NCBI GenBank assembly: GCA_035272265.1
Contig: DATEQV010000162.1
Span: forward strand, 379 to 64,378
DNA: 64,000 nucleotides
Direction: 5' to 3'
DNA from: Acidisphaera sp.
Lineage (GTDB): Bacteria; Pseudomonadota; Alphaproteobacteria; Acetobacterales; Acetobacteraceae
Shown: positions 8,494-18,347 of the stretch, one piece after another
Layout of the letters: each line of letters begins with the position of its first letter
How positions within the stretch are numbered: the stretch's first letter is position 1
Notes under the pieces: generated by a model
The model's database searches: none
The model's input: only the letters and a program-made list of their open reading frames with translations
Told to the model about the DNA's origin: nothing
Position numbers and translations under genes: made by a program

Positions 8494-9495
8494 CTGAAAG
8501 CCGCCATCGTCGGCATCGCCGGGCCGTCGCTCGATCCGGCCGAGGCGGCGCTGTTCTTCACGGCCCCTCCGGCCGGCGTGATCCTGTTCGGCCGCAACAT
8601 CGAAACGCCGGGCCAGCTTGCCGCGCTGTGCGCCGATTTGCGCACCAAGCTGCCGCAAGGTGCGGTAGTGCTGGTCGACCAGGAGGGCGGCCGCGTCGCC
8701 CGCCTGCGCCCGCCCCACTGGCGCGCCCACCCCTCGGCCGGCGTGATCGGCACGCTGCACGCCACGGACCCGGCGGCCGGACTGCGGGCGGCATGGCTGA
8801 CCGGGGCGCTGATCGGGCTGGATTGCGCCGACTTCGACGTGATCTGCGCGCCGGTGCTCGACCTGCAGGTGCCCGGCGCGCATGCCGGCGTGGTGGGCGA
8901 CCGCGCCTTCGCCGCCGATCCGCAGGCGGTGGCCGCGCTTGGCGCCGCCTTCGCCGACGGAATGCTGGCCGCGGGCCGGCAGCCGGTGATGAAGCACGCG
9001 CCCGGCCACGGCCGCGCGCTGGTCGACAGCCACGAATCGCTGCCGGTCGTGGACGGGCCGATCGACGACGACGTGGTGCCGTTCCGGGCGAATGTCCGGC
9101 TGCCCTGGGCCATGACGGCGCACATCCTGTATAGGGCGATCGACCCCGACCGGCCGGGCACGGTCTCGCCGACGGTGATCGATTCGGTCATACGCGGCCG
9201 GATCGGCTTCGATGGAGTCCTGGTGAGCGACGATCTGGCCATGTCCGCCCTGTCCGGACCGCCCGCTGCCCGCGCATTGGCAGCACTGGCGGCCGGCTGC
9301 GACCTCGCCGCCTACTGCGCGGGCGACGCGGACCACACGAATGCGGTGCTGCAGGCGGTCCCGCCGATCACCGAGGCCGCCCGGCGCCGGCTGGCGGCCG
9401 GCGCGGCGCTGGCGGCCGCCCGCGCGAAGACGCTCGATCCGGACTCGCTGGCCCCCGACTCGCTGGCCGAGGAACGGGATCGGCTGCTGGCGTGA
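8494..9495 (+). CDS. nagZ: Beta-N-acetylhexosaminidase (GH3)
   Basis: ILFGRN, VDQEGGRVARL, KHAPGHG..DSH, SDDLAM; probable CTG start at 8494. Confidence 0.93.
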   Translation: MKAAIVGIAGPSLDPAEAALFFTAPPAGVILFGRNIETPGQLAALCADLRTKLPQGAVVLVDQEGGRVARLRPPHWRAHPSAGVIGTLHATDPAAGLRAAWLTGALIGLDCADFDVICAPVLDLQVPGAHAGVVGDRAFAADPQAVAALGAAFADGMLAAGRQPVMKHAPGHGRALVDSHESLPVVDGPIDDDVVPFRANVRLPWAMTAHILYRAIDPDRPGTVSPTVIDSVIRGRIGFDGVLVSDDLAMSALSGPPAARALAALAAGCDLAAYCAGDADHTNAVLQAVPPITEAARRRLAAGAALAAARAKTLDPDSLAPDSLAEERDRLLA

Positions 9496-10211
9496 CCGAT
9501 CTGGCTGTCCAGCTTGCGATCGCCGCGATTCCGGTGATCCTGGCCATCACTCTGCACGAGGCGGCGCATGGCTACGCCGCGCTCGCCCTGGGCGACGACA
9601 CCGCGAAGCTGGCCGGGCGGCTGTCGCTCAATCCGCTGCGCCACATCGATCGCGTCGGCACGATCCTGCTGCCCGGCATCCTGCTGGTGACCCAGCTGCT
9701 GACGCTGCACCGCGTGGTGTTCATGTTCGGCTGGGCCAAGCCGGTTCCGGTGAGCGCCTGGAAGTTCAGCAACCCGCTGCGGATGATGGCGCTGGTCGCC
9801 TGCGCCGGGCCGCTGATGAACTTTGCGCTGGCCCTGCTGGGCGGCCTGGCGCTCGGCGTCGTGCTGCGCCACGGCGAGGGCAACGGCACCGTCTACATCC
9901 TGCTGTTCTGCGCCTATTTCATCCAGGCCAACCTGATCCTCGGCCTGTTCAACCTGATCCCGATCCCGCCGCTGGACGGCGGCCGGATCGTCGTCGGCCT
10001 GCTCCCCCGGCCGCTCGCCCTGCGCTGGGCGGCGCTGGAGCGCTACGGCATCCTGATCGTGCTGCTGCTGCTGATCGGCCCCTCGCTGGCGGGCGAGTTC
10101 GGCCTGCACTTCGACCCGCTGCGCGACGTGCTCGTGCCGGTGCTCGAGAGCGCCTACCGGGTGGTGCTGCGGGTCGCCGGCGTTCCCCTGGACAGCCCCT
10201 ATGCCGACTGA
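9492..10211 (+). CDS. Site-2 protease family (M50) membrane metalloprotease
   Basis: HEAAH and NLIPIPPLDG motifs. Confidence 0.92.
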   Translation: MTDLAVQLAIAAIPVILAITLHEAAHGYAALALGDDTAKLAGRLSLNPLRHIDRVGTILLPGILLVTQLLTLHRVVFMFGWAKPVPVSAWKFSNPLRMMALVACAGPLMNFALALLGGLALGVVLRHGEGNGTVYILLFCAYFIQANLILGLFNLIPIPPLDGGRIVVGLLPRPLALRWAALERYGILIVLLLLIGPSLAGEFGLHFDPLRDVLVPVLESAYRVVLRVAGVPLDSPYAD

Positions 10212-10986
10212 CGCGCAAGTCGCGCCCGAACCGATCGCCACCGACGCCTTCGTCGTGCGGCTGGAGGGATTCGAGGGCCCGCTCGACCTGCTGCTGGACC
10301 TCGCACGCGGCCAGAAGCTCGACCTGGCGCAGATCTCCATCCTCGCCCTGGTCGACCAGTACCTGGCGGTGATCGAGGGCGCTCGCCGCGTCCGGCTCGA
10401 GCTGGCGGCCGACTGGCTGGTGATGGCGGCGTGGCTCGCCTGGCTGAAGTCCCGCCTGCTGCTGCCGAAGGACCACCAGCTCGCCGACGAGGGCGAGACG
10501 GCAGCGGAGACCCTCGCCGCCCGGCTGGCCGACCTGCAGGCGATCCGCGCGGCCGCCGCGTGGCTGGGCCTGCGTCCGCAGCTGGGCCAGGACGTCTTCG
10601 CCCGCGGCGCACCGGAGGACCTGACCGAGACCGACCGCTCCCGCCTGCTGCTGGACCAGCCCTCGCTGATGCGCGCCTATCTGACGGCGGTGCGCCGCGG
10701 TGGCTCGAGACGCGCCTATGCGCCGCGTCCGCTGACGATCTGGACGGTGCGCGAGGCGCTGGAGCGCGTGGGCAAGTTGCTGGGCAGCCTGCCGGACTGG
10801 AGCACGCTGGAGCGGTTCCTGCCGGAGAGTGCGCTGGGCGATCCCACCGAGCGGCGTGCGGCGCTGGCGAGCACGCTGCTGGCGGGGCTGGAGTTGGCGC
10901 GCGGCGGCGAGGTTCGTCTGCGGCAGGATGCCGCGTTCGGCCCGATCCTCATCCGCCGCGCGCCGCCGCAGGAGAAGGCGACGTGA
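10201..10986 (+). CDS. scpA: Segregation and condensation protein A
   Basis: FEGPLDLLL, LVMAAWLAWLKSRLLLP, LELAR..Q..FGPI. Confidence 0.95.
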   Translation: MPTDAQVAPEPIATDAFVVRLEGFEGPLDLLLDLARGQKLDLAQISILALVDQYLAVIEGARRVRLELAADWLVMAAWLAWLKSRLLLPKDHQLADEGETAAETLAARLADLQAIRAAAAWLGLRPQLGQDVFARGAPEDLTETDRSRLLLDQPSLMRAYLTAVRRGGSRRAYAPRPLTIWTVREALERVGKLLGSLPDWSTLERFLPESALGDPTERRAALASTLLAGLELARGGEVRLRQDAAFGPILIRRAPPQEKAT

Positions 10987-11699
10987 CCGATATCAGCACC
11001 GAACCCGACGAGTCGGATAGCGCGCCGGCATCCAACCCCGCGCCGGCCCCGCCGGACGAGGACGCGATCCGTCTGGCCGAGGCGTTGCTGTTCGCCAGTG
11101 CCGGCCCGGTGACCGCGCGCGCCCTGTCGCAGGTGCTCCCGGAGGACGCGGACGCCGACGCCGTATTGGCCGCGCTGGCCGCCCGCTACGCCGGGCGGGG
11201 CGTCGAGGTCGTTGCGGCCGGCGGCGGGGTGATGTTCCGCACGGCGCCGGACCTCGCGCCGCGGCTGCGCAAGGTGGTGCAGGTGCCGCGCCGGCTGCCG
11301 CGCGCGGCGATGGAGACGCTGGCGATCGTCGCCTACCACCAGCCCGTCACACGGGCCGAGATCGAGGAGATCCGCGGCACCAGCCTGTCGCAGCAGACGC
11401 TCGACAGCCTGCTCGAAGCCGGCCTGATCGCCCCGCGCGGCCGCAAGGAAAGCCCCGGCCGCCCGACCCTGTGGGCCACCACGCCCGGCTTCCTCGCCCA
11501 GTTCGGCCTGAAAGACCTGCGCGAACTTCCCCGGCGGGAGGACCTGCTGGTCGAGCCCCCCAGCCCCGCCGACCGTGCGGCGCTGGCGGCGGGCGAGACG
11601 CCGGCCTCCGACGAGCCGCCCGCCGAAGCCGAGACCGAGAGCGTTGCCGGCGAAGCTGCGTCCGAACCACCGGTTGAAAGAAGCGGACTGGGTTCCTAG
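10983..11699 (+). CDS. scpB: Segregation and condensation protein B
   Basis: EALLFAS, ETLAIVAYHQPVTRAEIEEIRG, PGRPTLWATT..FGL; GTG start overlaps the scpA stop. Confidence 0.95.
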   Translation: MTDISTEPDESDSAPASNPAPAPPDEDAIRLAEALLFASAGPVTARALSQVLPEDADADAVLAALAARYAGRGVEVVAAGGGVMFRTAPDLAPRLRKVVQVPRRLPRAAMETLAIVAYHQPVTRAEIEEIRGTSLSQQTLDSLLEAGLIAPRGRKESPGRPTLWATTPGFLAQFGLKDLRELPRREDLLVEPPSPADRAALAAGETPASDEPPAEAETESVAGEAASEPPVERSGLGS

Positions 11700-11891
11700 G
11701 TTCACCCGCGGGCTGCAACGGAGGAACGCCCGCCGCCTTTCGCCGGACCGATCGCGAGTCTATGTGAGCGTCAGCCTGTTGCCCGCCCGGCGATCACGGA
11801 CAGCGCAGGATGCATCCCGAGCGAAAGCCCGGCAGACACGCATGCGTGCCGGACGCGGGTGCGGGCGGCGAGGCTGGTATAAGGACGCCTG

Positions 11892-12458
11892 ATGTTCGAC
11901 TTCGCCTGGTCCGAGATCGGCCTGATCGCCGTCGTCGCCCTCGTGCTCATCGGCCCGAAGGACATGCCGGTTGCCGTCCGCGCGCTGGCCGGCGCCATGA
12001 AGAAGGCCCGCCGCATGGCCGGCGAGTTCCAGACCCATGTCGACGAGATGATGCGCGAGGCGGACCTGCACGAGGTACGCCAGAGCATCAACGAAATCCG
12101 CAACTTCGACTTCAAGGGCGAGTTCGAGCGCACCGTCGACCCGGACCGCAGCATCCGCGACACCTTCGCCAGCAACCCGCTGCACCCCGACCCGATCGCT
12201 CCCGCCGCATCGGCCGTGGTGGCGTCTGAAACGATCCACCTGCCTGCCTCGCCCCCTGGGGCGCCCGAGGAACCGGAATCGCTGCCGACCTGGTTCGTCC
12301 CGGCTGCCGACGACGTGGCGCCCGGCGCCGCACCGGTCGTCGTGCAGCACCTGGGGCCGGCGACGCCCGCGAACCCGGAGCCGTCGCCCGCACCGTCGTT
12401 CGTCCCGCCGGGAGCGGCTCCGGCTGCGCCGGTGCCGTCCTCCGGCGCGAGCGGCTGA
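11892..12458 (+). CDS. tatB: Twin-arginine translocase subunit TatB
   Basis: MFDFAWSEIGLIAVVALVLIGPKDMP. Confidence 0.95.
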   Translation: MFDFAWSEIGLIAVVALVLIGPKDMPVAVRALAGAMKKARRMAGEFQTHVDEMMREADLHEVRQSINEIRNFDFKGEFERTVDPDRSIRDTFASNPLHPDPIAPAASAVVASETIHLPASPPGAPEEPESLPTWFVPAADDVAPGAAPVVVQHLGPATPANPEPSPAPSFVPPGAAPAAPVPSSGASG

Positions 12459-12473
12459 CCGGCGGCCCGACGC

Positions 12474-13262
12474 ATGGACGCCACGCCGCAGATCGAAGAT
12501 CCGATCAACGACAAGCCGATGCCGCTGCTCGATCACCTGATCGAGCTGCGCCGCCGGCTGGTGTACTCGATGATCGCCTTCGTCGTGATGTTCGGCGTCT
12601 GCTGGGTGTTCAAGTTCCGCATCTACGGGTTCCTCGCCGCGCCGCTGGCGGAGATCCTCGCCAAGCGTCCCGATCTGCAGGGCTCGCTGATCGGCATCGG
12701 CCTGACGCGCCCATTCCTGGTCTACATCAAGGTGGCGGTGTTCGGTGCCGCGTTCACCGGCTTTCCGGTGTTCGCGACGCAGCTCTGGCTGTTCGTCGCA
12801 CCCGGCCTCTATCGTAGCGAAAAGCGCGCGATGCTGCCGTTCCTGATCGCCACCCCGGTGCTGTTCCTGCTGGGCGCGGCGATCGCCTACTACTTCGTCT
12901 TCCCGGTCGCCTGGAGCTTCTTTCTGTATTATTTCGGCCCGACCGGCGGCGACGGCTTGCAGATCAAGCCGCAGATCGACGTCAACGAGTATCTCGGCCT
13001 GGTGATGAAGCTGCTGTTCGCCTTCGGCCTGACGTTCGAGGTGCCGGTGCTGCTGACGCTGCTCGCCCGCGTGGGCATCATCTCCTCGCGCGGGATGAAG
13101 CGGGTGCGCCGCTACGCCTATGTCGGCATGTTCGTCGTCGCCGCGGTGCTGGCGCCGCCGGACATCTATTCGCAGTGCGCGCTCGCGGTCATGCTGATCC
13201 TCCTCTACGAGGTGTCGATCTTCATCGCCCGCATGATCGAGCCTAAACCCGTCGAGGCCTGA
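12474..13262 (+). CDS. tatC: Twin-arginine translocase subunit TatC
   Basis: [25 protein letters not shown], multiple TM helices, PPD..SQ. Confidence 0.96.
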   Translation: MDATPQIEDPINDKPMPLLDHLIELRRRLVYSMIAFVVMFGVCWVFKFRIYGFLAAPLAEILAKRPDLQGSLIGIGLTRPFLVYIKVAVFGAAFTGFPVFATQLWLFVAPGLYRSEKRAMLPFLIATPVLFLLGAAIAYYFVFPVAWSFFLYYFGPTGGDGLQIKPQIDVNEYLGLVMKLLFAFGLTFEVPVLLTLLARVGIISSRGMKRVRRYAYVGMFVVAAVLAPPDIYSQCALAVMLILLYEVSIFIARMIEPKPVEA

Positions 13263-14542
13263 TGCACGACATCCGCGCCATCCGCGCCGACCCGGCCGCG
13301 TTCAACCGCGCGCTTGAGCGACGCGGTCTCGAGCCGCAAGCAGACGAGCTTCTGCAACTGAATGAAAATCGCCTGGAGAACCTGCAGGCTCTGGAAGCAG
13401 CACAGCGGACTCTGAAGAATCTTTCGGAGAACATCGGAAAACGACGAAGGCTGGGTATCTCGACAGACAAGATGCAGGCCGATGTCGAGCAAGGCGCGTC
13501 GCTCGGCGAACGCATTAAGGAGTTTCAGGCCCGAGCGAACGAGTGGGATTCTTTGCTTAAGGCGAGGTTGGAAGGCCTTCCGAACGTCCTAGATGACGAC
13601 GTGCCGAACGGCGCGGACGAGAGCGCCAACGTGGTGCTCGCCGTGCACGGCGACCGGCCCGTCTTTGATTTTCCCGCAAGCCAACATGACGAGCTCGGCG
13701 AAGCATTCCGCGAGATGGACTTCGTCAGGGCTGCGAAGATTGCCGGAAGCCGCTTCACCGTGCTGCGAGGCAAACTTGCGCGCCTTGAGCGTGCGCTCGG
13801 ACAGTTCATGCTCGATCTGCACACGACCGAGCATGGCTACTCAGAAGTTTCGCCGCCCTCGTTGGTCAATACCGCGAGCGCCTACGGCACGGGCCAACTC
13901 CCCAAATTTGCAGAGGATCTGTTCCAGACCACCGATGGACGCTGGCTCATCCCGACCGCCGAGGTTCCATTAACCAACCTCGTGGCCGGAGAGATTCTTG
14001 CCGAGTCCGCGCTGCCAATGCGGCTGACCGCACTTACCGACTGCTTCCGCTCTGAAGCCGGCGCCGCGGGCCGCGATACGCGCGGGATGTTGCGGCAACA
14101 TCAGTTCCGGAAGGTCGAACTCGTCTCCATCACCCACCCCGACCGCAGCGCTGAAGAACACGAACGGATGACAAGCTGCGCCGAAGCGGTGCTAAGCAAG
14201 CTCGGCCTGACTTTCCGCCGGGTCATTTTATGCTCGGGAGACACGGGCTTCTCCGCGGCGAAAACCTACGACCTCGAAGTCTGGCTGCCTGGCCAAGGCG
14301 CTTGGCGCGAGATCAGCAGCTGCTCGAACTGCCACGCCTTCCAAGCCCGCCGTATGAACGCGCGCTTCCGCGCCGCCGACGGCAAGACGGTAGCACACGT
14401 GCACACGCTGAACGGCTCGGGTGTTGCAGTCGGCCGGGGTCTCGTGGCGGTGATGGAGACGTACCAGCAGGCCGTGCCATCCATCGCAATACCGCCCGTC
14501 CTGCAGCCCTACATGGGCGGGCTGAAGGTCATCGGGCCGTAA
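13262..14542 (+). CDS. serS: Serine--tRNA ligase
   Basis: [50 protein letters not shown]. Confidence 0.97.
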   Translation: MHDIRAIRADPAAFNRALERRGLEPQADELLQLNENRLENLQALEAAQRTLKNLSENIGKRRRLGISTDKMQADVEQGASLGERIKEFQARANEWDSLLKARLEGLPNVLDDDVPNGADESANVVLAVHGDRPVFDFPASQHDELGEAFREMDFVRAAKIAGSRFTVLRGKLARLERALGQFMLDLHTTEHGYSEVSPPSLVNTASAYGTGQLPKFAEDLFQTTDGRWLIPTAEVPLTNLVAGEILAESALPMRLTALTDCFRSEAGAAGRDTRGMLRQHQFRKVELVSITHPDRSAEEHERMTSCAEAVLSKLGLTFRRVILCSGDTGFSAAKTYDLEVWLPGQGAWREISSCSNCHAFQARRMNARFRAADGKTVAHVHTLNGSGVAVGRGLVAVMETYQQAVPSIAIPPVLQPYMGGLKVIGP

Positions 14543-14569
14543 CACCGGCGAGCCGCCCTGAGCGGACTG

Positions 14570-14608
14570 CCTGCTCCGGAAACTCGCTGGCGAGCTTCCG
14601 GAGCAGGA
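14570..14608. terminator. Hairpin between convergent serS and GMC genes
   Basis: CCTGCTCCGGAA...TTCCGGAGCAGG inverted repeat. Confidence 0.6.
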
Positions 14609-14622
14609 CATCCGGCTCGACC

Positions 14623-16191
14623 TCAGATCTCCGTGCGGCTCATCATGCCGGCCATGTTGTCGGCCTGACGGATCGCCAGTGCGACGATCGTCAGCGTCGG
14701 GTTGCACGCGGCCCCCGTGGTGAACTGGCTGCCGTCGGAGATGAACAGATTCTTGATGTCGTGCGTCTGGCCGAACTTGTTCACCACGCCGTCGCGCGGC
14801 TTCTCGCTCATCCGGTTGGTGCCCATGTTGTGCGTGCTGGGATACGGCGGCGTCGGGAACGTCCGCACCGCGCCCACCGCATCGTAGATCGCCGCCCCCT
14901 GCTTGTAGGCGTGGTTGCGCATCGCGGTGTCGTTCTCGTGGTCGTCGAAATGCACCGACGCGACCGGCATCCCGTTCGCGTCCTTCACCACCGGATCGAG
15001 GGTGACGCGGTTTGTCTCGCGCGGCATGTCCTCGCCGACGATCCACATCCCCGCCATGTTGGCGTAGTCATCCATCGCGCTGGTGAAGCTGCGCCCCCAC
15101 GCGCCGGGGTTGAGGAACGCCGCCGTGAACGGCAGCCCGAGCGACAGCGTCTCCAGCTCGTAGCCGCCGACGAAGCCGCGTTTGGGATCGTTGATCGACT
15201 CGTCGCGCACGATGCCCGCCATCGTCGTGCCGCGATACATGTGCACCGGCTTCTCGAAGATCGCGTACACGCTGCCCGTCATGTGCCGCATGTAGTTGCG
15301 CCCGACCTGACCGGAGCTGTTGGCCAGCCCGTCGGGGAACTTCGCCGACGCGCTGTTGAGCAGCAGCCGCGGGCTTTCCAGCGAATTGCCAGCCACCGCG
15401 ACGACGCGGGCCTTCTGCCGCTGCAGCTTTCCCTGGCCGTCGAGGTACACCACGCCGGTGACCAGCCCCGCGTCGTTGTGCTCGATCTTCACCGCCATCG
15501 AGTTCGGACGCACCTCGAGGTTTCCGGTCGCCTCGCCCTTCGGGATCTCGGTGTACAGCGTCGACCACTTGCCGCCCGACTTGCAGCCCTGGAAGCAGAA
15601 GCCGATCTGCTGGCACGCGCCGCGCCCGTCGCGCGGCTGGCTGTTGATCGACATGTTGCCGGTGTGGACTTCCTTGTAGCCGACCTTCTTGGCGCCCGCC
15701 TCGAGCACCTTGAAGTTGTTGTTGCCCGGCAGGCGGGGAATGTCGTTGGTCCCCGTCGTGCCCATCTTGAACTCGGCCTTGGCGTAATAGGGCTCCATCT
15801 CGGCGAGCGTGATCGGCCAGTCCAGCAGCGACGTGCCCGGCAGCGCGCCGTACGTGCTGCGCGCCTTGAACTCGTAGTCGCGGAAGCGCAGCGACGCGCC
15901 TGCCCAGTGCACCGTCGATCCGCCGACCGACTTGACGATCCACGCCGGCAGGTTCGGGAAGTCGTGCGCGACACGCCACGTGCCGGACGTCGTGCGCATG
16001 TCCTTCCACGCCAGCTGCGCGAAGCTCCCCCACTCGTCGTTGATGAAGTCCTGGATCTCGTGCCGGCCGCCGGCTTCCAGGATGACGACCTTGATGCCTT
16101 TCTGCGCGAGCTCGTTGCCGAGTGTCCCGCCGCCCGCGCCGGAGCCGACGATGCAGACCACGCTGTCGTCGTTGAGATCGAAACTGGCCAT
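14623..16191 (-). CDS. GMC family FAD-dependent oxidoreductase, catalytic subunit
   Basis: VCIVGSGAGG, VGGSTVHW, Cys cluster CQQIGFCFQGC, HNMGT, NPTLTI. Confidence 0.92.
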   Translation of the reverse strand: MASFDLNDDSVVCIVGSGAGGGTLGNELAQKGIKVVILEAGGRHEIQDFINDEWGSFAQLAWKDMRTTSGTWRVAHDFPNLPAWIVKSVGGSTVHWAGASLRFRDYEFKARSTYGALPGTSLLDWPITLAEMEPYYAKAEFKMGTTGTNDIPRLPGNNNFKVLEAGAKKVGYKEVHTGNMSINSQPRDGRGACQQIGFCFQGCKSGGKWSTLYTEIPKGEATGNLEVRPNSMAVKIEHNDAGLVTGVVYLDGQGKLQRQKARVVAVAGNSLESPRLLLNSASAKFPDGLANSSGQVGRNYMRHMTGSVYAIFEKPVHMYRGTTMAGIVRDESINDPKRGFVGGYELETLSLGLPFTAAFLNPGAWGRSFTSAMDDYANMAGMWIVGEDMPRETNRVTLDPVVKDANGMPVASVHFDDHENDTAMRNHAYKQGAAIYDAVGAVRTFPTPPYPSTHNMGTNRMSEKPRDGVVNKFGQTHDIKNLFISDGSQFTTGAACNPTLTIVALAIRQADNMAGMMSRTEI

Positions 16192-16207
16192 GATTGCGTG
16201 CTCCCCC

Positions 16208-16741
16208 TCAGACCGACGGCAGCCAGTCGATGTCGTTGAAGCCGCGATGGATGTAGCCGCCGTGCTCGGCGGAGGACCCCTCGTAGCCGAACTTCGCCCA
16301 GACCTCCTTCTGGTTGTACAGCGAGACCACAAGGTCGCCGCGGATCTTGCTGAAGAACGGCGTCTGCTCCATGCCCTGCAGCACGACGACGCGCTGCTCC
16401 TCCCACGGCACGTCGATATAGGCGGCATTGAAGTGGCTCTTGGCGTCCTGGTCGGCGCGCTCGATGCCGAACGCGATCATCTCGTGGAACGCCCCATCGC
16501 CGCCCGCCTTGGCGTCGTACGGCGTGACGGCGCGCACGTAGTAGACGTCCGCCAGCCGGTCATGCGGGAAGATGTCGCGCGCCATCAGCGCGAGCGTGGC
16601 CATCTGGTGCGGCGTCAGCGTCTTCGCCTCGGCCGCCCACGCCGCCTTGGCCGAGAACGTGACACCGGCCGCAGCCGCCGCGGCCGTTCCTTGCAGGAAC
16701 GTGCGCCGTCCGACCCGCACCCGTCCGTCGATCTTTCGCAT
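16208..16741 (-). CDS. Tat-signal small subunit (gluconate 2-dehydrogenase subunit 3-like)
   Basis: GRRTFL twin-arginine signal; W..FGYEG..GGYIHRGFNDIDWL; adjacent to the GMC gene. Confidence 0.82.
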   Translation of the reverse strand: MRKIDGRVRVGRRTFLQGTAAAAAAGVTFSAKAAWAAEAKTLTPHQMATLALMARDIFPHDRLADVYYVRAVTPYDAKAGGDGAFHEMIAFGIERADQDAKSHFNAAYIDVPWEEQRVVVLQGMEQTPFFSKIRGDLVVSLYNQKEVWAKFGYEGSSAEHGGYIHRGFNDIDWLPSV

Positions 16742-16768
16742 GGAATTTCCCCCTTGTTGTGTTCTGTG

Positions 16769-17164
16769 TCAGCGGTAACGGCCGGCGCGCTCCAGCACCT
16801 CGATCTTGTAGCCGTCGGGATCCTGCACGAAGAAGAAGCGTGCGAGCCGGCGGCCCTCGAGCGTCATCTCCTTGATCGGCGCCGGGTTCAGGCCCGCGCC
16901 GGCGAACCGGGCGTGCTCGGCGTCCAGGTCCTCGACCGTGAAGGCGATGTGCCCGTAGCCGTCGCCGAGCGCATACGGCTCGGTGCGGCCCTCGTTGATG
17001 GTCAGCTCCAGTTCGAACGGCGTCTCCTCGCTGGCGAGGTAGACGAGCGTGAAGCCGTCGAAGCGGAAGCGGTCGACGACGCGCATGCCGAACGCGCGCT
17101 CGTAGAAGTCGATTGAGCGCGCCTCGTCGAGCACGCGCAGCATGCTGTGGATCGCCTTGGCCAT
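16769..17164 (-). CDS. VOC / glyoxalase family protein
   Basis: HSMLRV..FYERAFG..ELELT..GYGHIAF..DPDGYKIE. Confidence 0.9.
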   Translation of the reverse strand: MAKAIHSMLRVLDEARSIDFYERAFGMRVVDRFRFDGFTLVYLASEETPFELELTINEGRTEPYALGDGYGHIAFTVEDLDAEHARFAGAGLNPAPIKEMTLEGRRLARFFFVQDPDGYKIEVLERAGRYR

Positions 17165-17551
17165 TCAGTGCTGCTCCTTCAGGTAAGCGATGATCGTCTC
17201 GCGGATCTCGGCGTCGGGCTGGCGGTACGGCATCACCGCGCCGGGGATCACCGATGGCGGGTTGGTCAGCCACGCGTTCAGGCGCGTCTCGTCCCAGGTG
17301 AAATCGGCCTTGGCGAAGCCGGCCGAATAGCTGAACCCCGCCACGCTCCCCGCTCTGCGGCCGTACACGCCTTTCAGCGTCGGGCCCTGCCGCTGCTCGT
17401 TCGGATCGAGCGAATGGCAGGTGCCGCACTGATTGAGGAACACGCTGGCGCCGTCGGGCTTGCCGACATCGGTCGGCACGGTGAACTGCGCGCGCGCTGC
17501 AGGACCGGCCGCGACGGCCGCGGCGAGCAAGCCGGCCCGCAGGACTGGCAT
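17165..17551 (-). CDS. Class I cytochrome c (c2-like)
   Basis: Signal peptide, CGTCH heme motif, GPTL.GV.GR, PGAVM. Confidence 0.92.
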   Translation of the reverse strand: MPVLRAGLLAAAVAAGPAARAQFTVPTDVGKPDGASVFLNQCGTCHSLDPNEQRQGPTLKGVYGRRAGSVAGFSYSAGFAKADFTWDETRLNAWLTNPPSVIPGAVMPYRQPDAEIRETIIAYLKEQH

Positions 17552-17608
17552 CCGTTCCCCCCATTGTCCGGCGGGAACGTAGGCGGCCCAGCCGAACCGT
17601 GGGTAGTA

Positions 17609-17923
17609 TCAGGCTACGACGCGCATCTCCGGCGTGCGGCGGGCGACCTGTTCGGCGTGCAGGTCCTGGTCGCGCAGCCAGTGCATGCAGGTGACGCGCA
17701 GGAAGCTGGCGAAGTTCGGCACGTCGCCCTGCTTGGCCATGATCTCGTCGTGCAGCACGGAGACGAAGCGGGCGACCGACATGCCCTCGCGCCGCGCGAT
17801 CTCGCCCAGCGTGTCCCAGAATGCCGCTTCGAGCCGGATCGAGGTGACGTGCCCATGCAGCCGGATCGGCCGCGTCTCGGCCTCATAGGTCGCCGGGTCC
17901 TGCGAGACGAAAAGCCGGCACAT
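17609..17923 (-). CDS. Ribbon-helix-helix domain protein (RHH_4-like)
   Basis: RLHGHVTSIRLEAAFW..NFASFLRV. Confidence 0.85.
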   Translation of the reverse strand: MCRLFVSQDPATYEAETRPIRLHGHVTSIRLEAAFWDTLGEIARREGMSVARFVSVLHDEIMAKQGDVPNFASFLRVTCMHWLRDQDLHAEQVARRTPEMRVVA

Positions 17924-18092
17924 AGGTTCCTCCCAAGCGCGGGTCTGAGTGGCCCGTCTGGCCCGATCATGGGGCCGCCGCCGGAGAACGCAACTTCGCC
18001 GGGTCCGGCGTTCTTGGGACCGATCGTGGCCGCGCTACGCGGGCCGGTCGGGTGTTTTTGCTTTGTTCCGGGCAGACTGTTACAGTCAACGC

Positions 18093-18337
18093 GTGGCTGA
18101 AGAACCGTTCAACCTTGTCCTGGACCTGCTTCGGGCGATACGCGCCGACGTGTCCGCCCTCCGCGACGACATGCGCGACCTGCGGATGCAGGTGAGCGAT
18201 TTGCAGATCTCCGTCGCCGCGCTGAGGCGCGACAAGCTCACGATGCTGGGGTGACGGCCCACATCCACGTGCGGCTCGACCGGCTGACCGACGAGGTCAA
18301 TCGCATCAAGCGGCGACTGGACCTCGTCGACAACTAA
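18093..18337 (+). CDS. Small coiled-coil hypothetical protein, frameshifted near 18233
   Basis: MAEEPFNLVLDLLRAIRADV..; adding one C gives ..RDQAHDAGVTAHIHVRLDRLTDEVNRIKRRLDLVDN-stop. Confidence 0.65.
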
Positions 18338-18347
18338 CGACTGCGAA

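Noticed and set aside
7696..9495. SPOR-NagZ read-through fusion (same frame, one TGA between)
   Set aside because: The SPOR domain ends naturally at the stop and nagZ has a plausible CTG start at 8494; a shared frame has a one-in-three chance.
14623..16428. Long N-terminal extensions in the ORF track for GMC, scpB, the amidohydrolase, MarC, livM, glnB, cysS and pcm
   Set aside because: They overlap upstream genes or intergenic DNA; family-typical starts lie downstream and were used instead.
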